Part shown: one piece after another, positions 63,736 through 64,000 of the stretch
Position numbering within the stretch: the stretch's first letter is position 1
How the letters are laid out: each line of letters begins with the position of its first letter
Assembly: GCA_964016885.1 (NCBI GenBank)
Contig: OZ024742.1
Span: 294,190,001-294,254,000 of the forward strand
DNA from: Eledone cirrhosa
Taxonomy: Eukaryota
Length of the DNA stretch: 64,000 nucleotides
Direction of reading: 5' to 3'
The notes under the pieces: generated by a model
The model's input: the letters and a program-made list of their open reading frames with translations, nothing else
Database searches by the model: none
What the model was told of the DNA's origin: nothing
Program-made: the position numbers and the translations under genes

Positions 63736-63829
63736 CTGAAGAAGATGAACAATATGCACATTTGCCATACACATACATACACAAATACATGTACACACTT
63801 ATAGACATGGTATATGTCTGCCCCGTGGT

Positions 63830-64000
63830 TCATTCCTTGTCGCGGTGGGGTGGCTTGTGTGCCTCTATGACCCAGAGAGCTATGCCAACTGGAGTTTATA
63901 CTCCTGGTAGGGTCACCCATGTTGGACAGGTCGATGGGTAGAGGACAGACGAATATGAACCTCCTCTCCCCGAGGTTAAAGGGATCGGTTATTTGGTTTC
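63830..64000 (+). mobile_element. RTE/BovB-type 5' UTR start
   Basis: CCTTGTCGCGGTGGGGTGGCTTGTGTGCCTCTATGACCCAGAGAGCTATGCC...GGGTCACCCATGTTGGACAGGTC resembles RTE-clade 5' ends. Confidence 0.6.

Overview
AT-rich, repeat-dense eukaryotic (metazoan invertebrate) DNA. The SINE and microsatellite landscape resembles what I associate with octopod/cephalopod genomes; this is an inference and not verified. Two divergently transcribed spliced genes can be read by hand. NTF2/NUTF2 is complete on the minus strand (4 coding exons, 131 aa, 23090->7991). MAF1 contributes its first three coding exons on the plus strand (53876->61357) and continues beyond the window. The ~30 kb between their promoters is a CpG-richer transposon graveyard: RTE-, CRE-, R4/Dong- and CR1-type LINE pieces, Helitrons, piggyBac and Tc1/mariner MITEs, and tRNA-derived SINEs. 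The most striking unannotated signal is at 44.8-45.9 kb. It is a tandem-plus-inverted array of ~320-bp units, each carrying a full type I hammerhead ribozyme with a compensatory U3-A8 core (UUGAUAA instead of CUGAUGA), which fits a retrozyme or Penelope pseudo-LTR. Two further minimal hammerheads lie at 50.7-51.0 kb. Next to the array is an RTE-type LINE with a twin-priming-style 5' inversion inserted into (TA)n.
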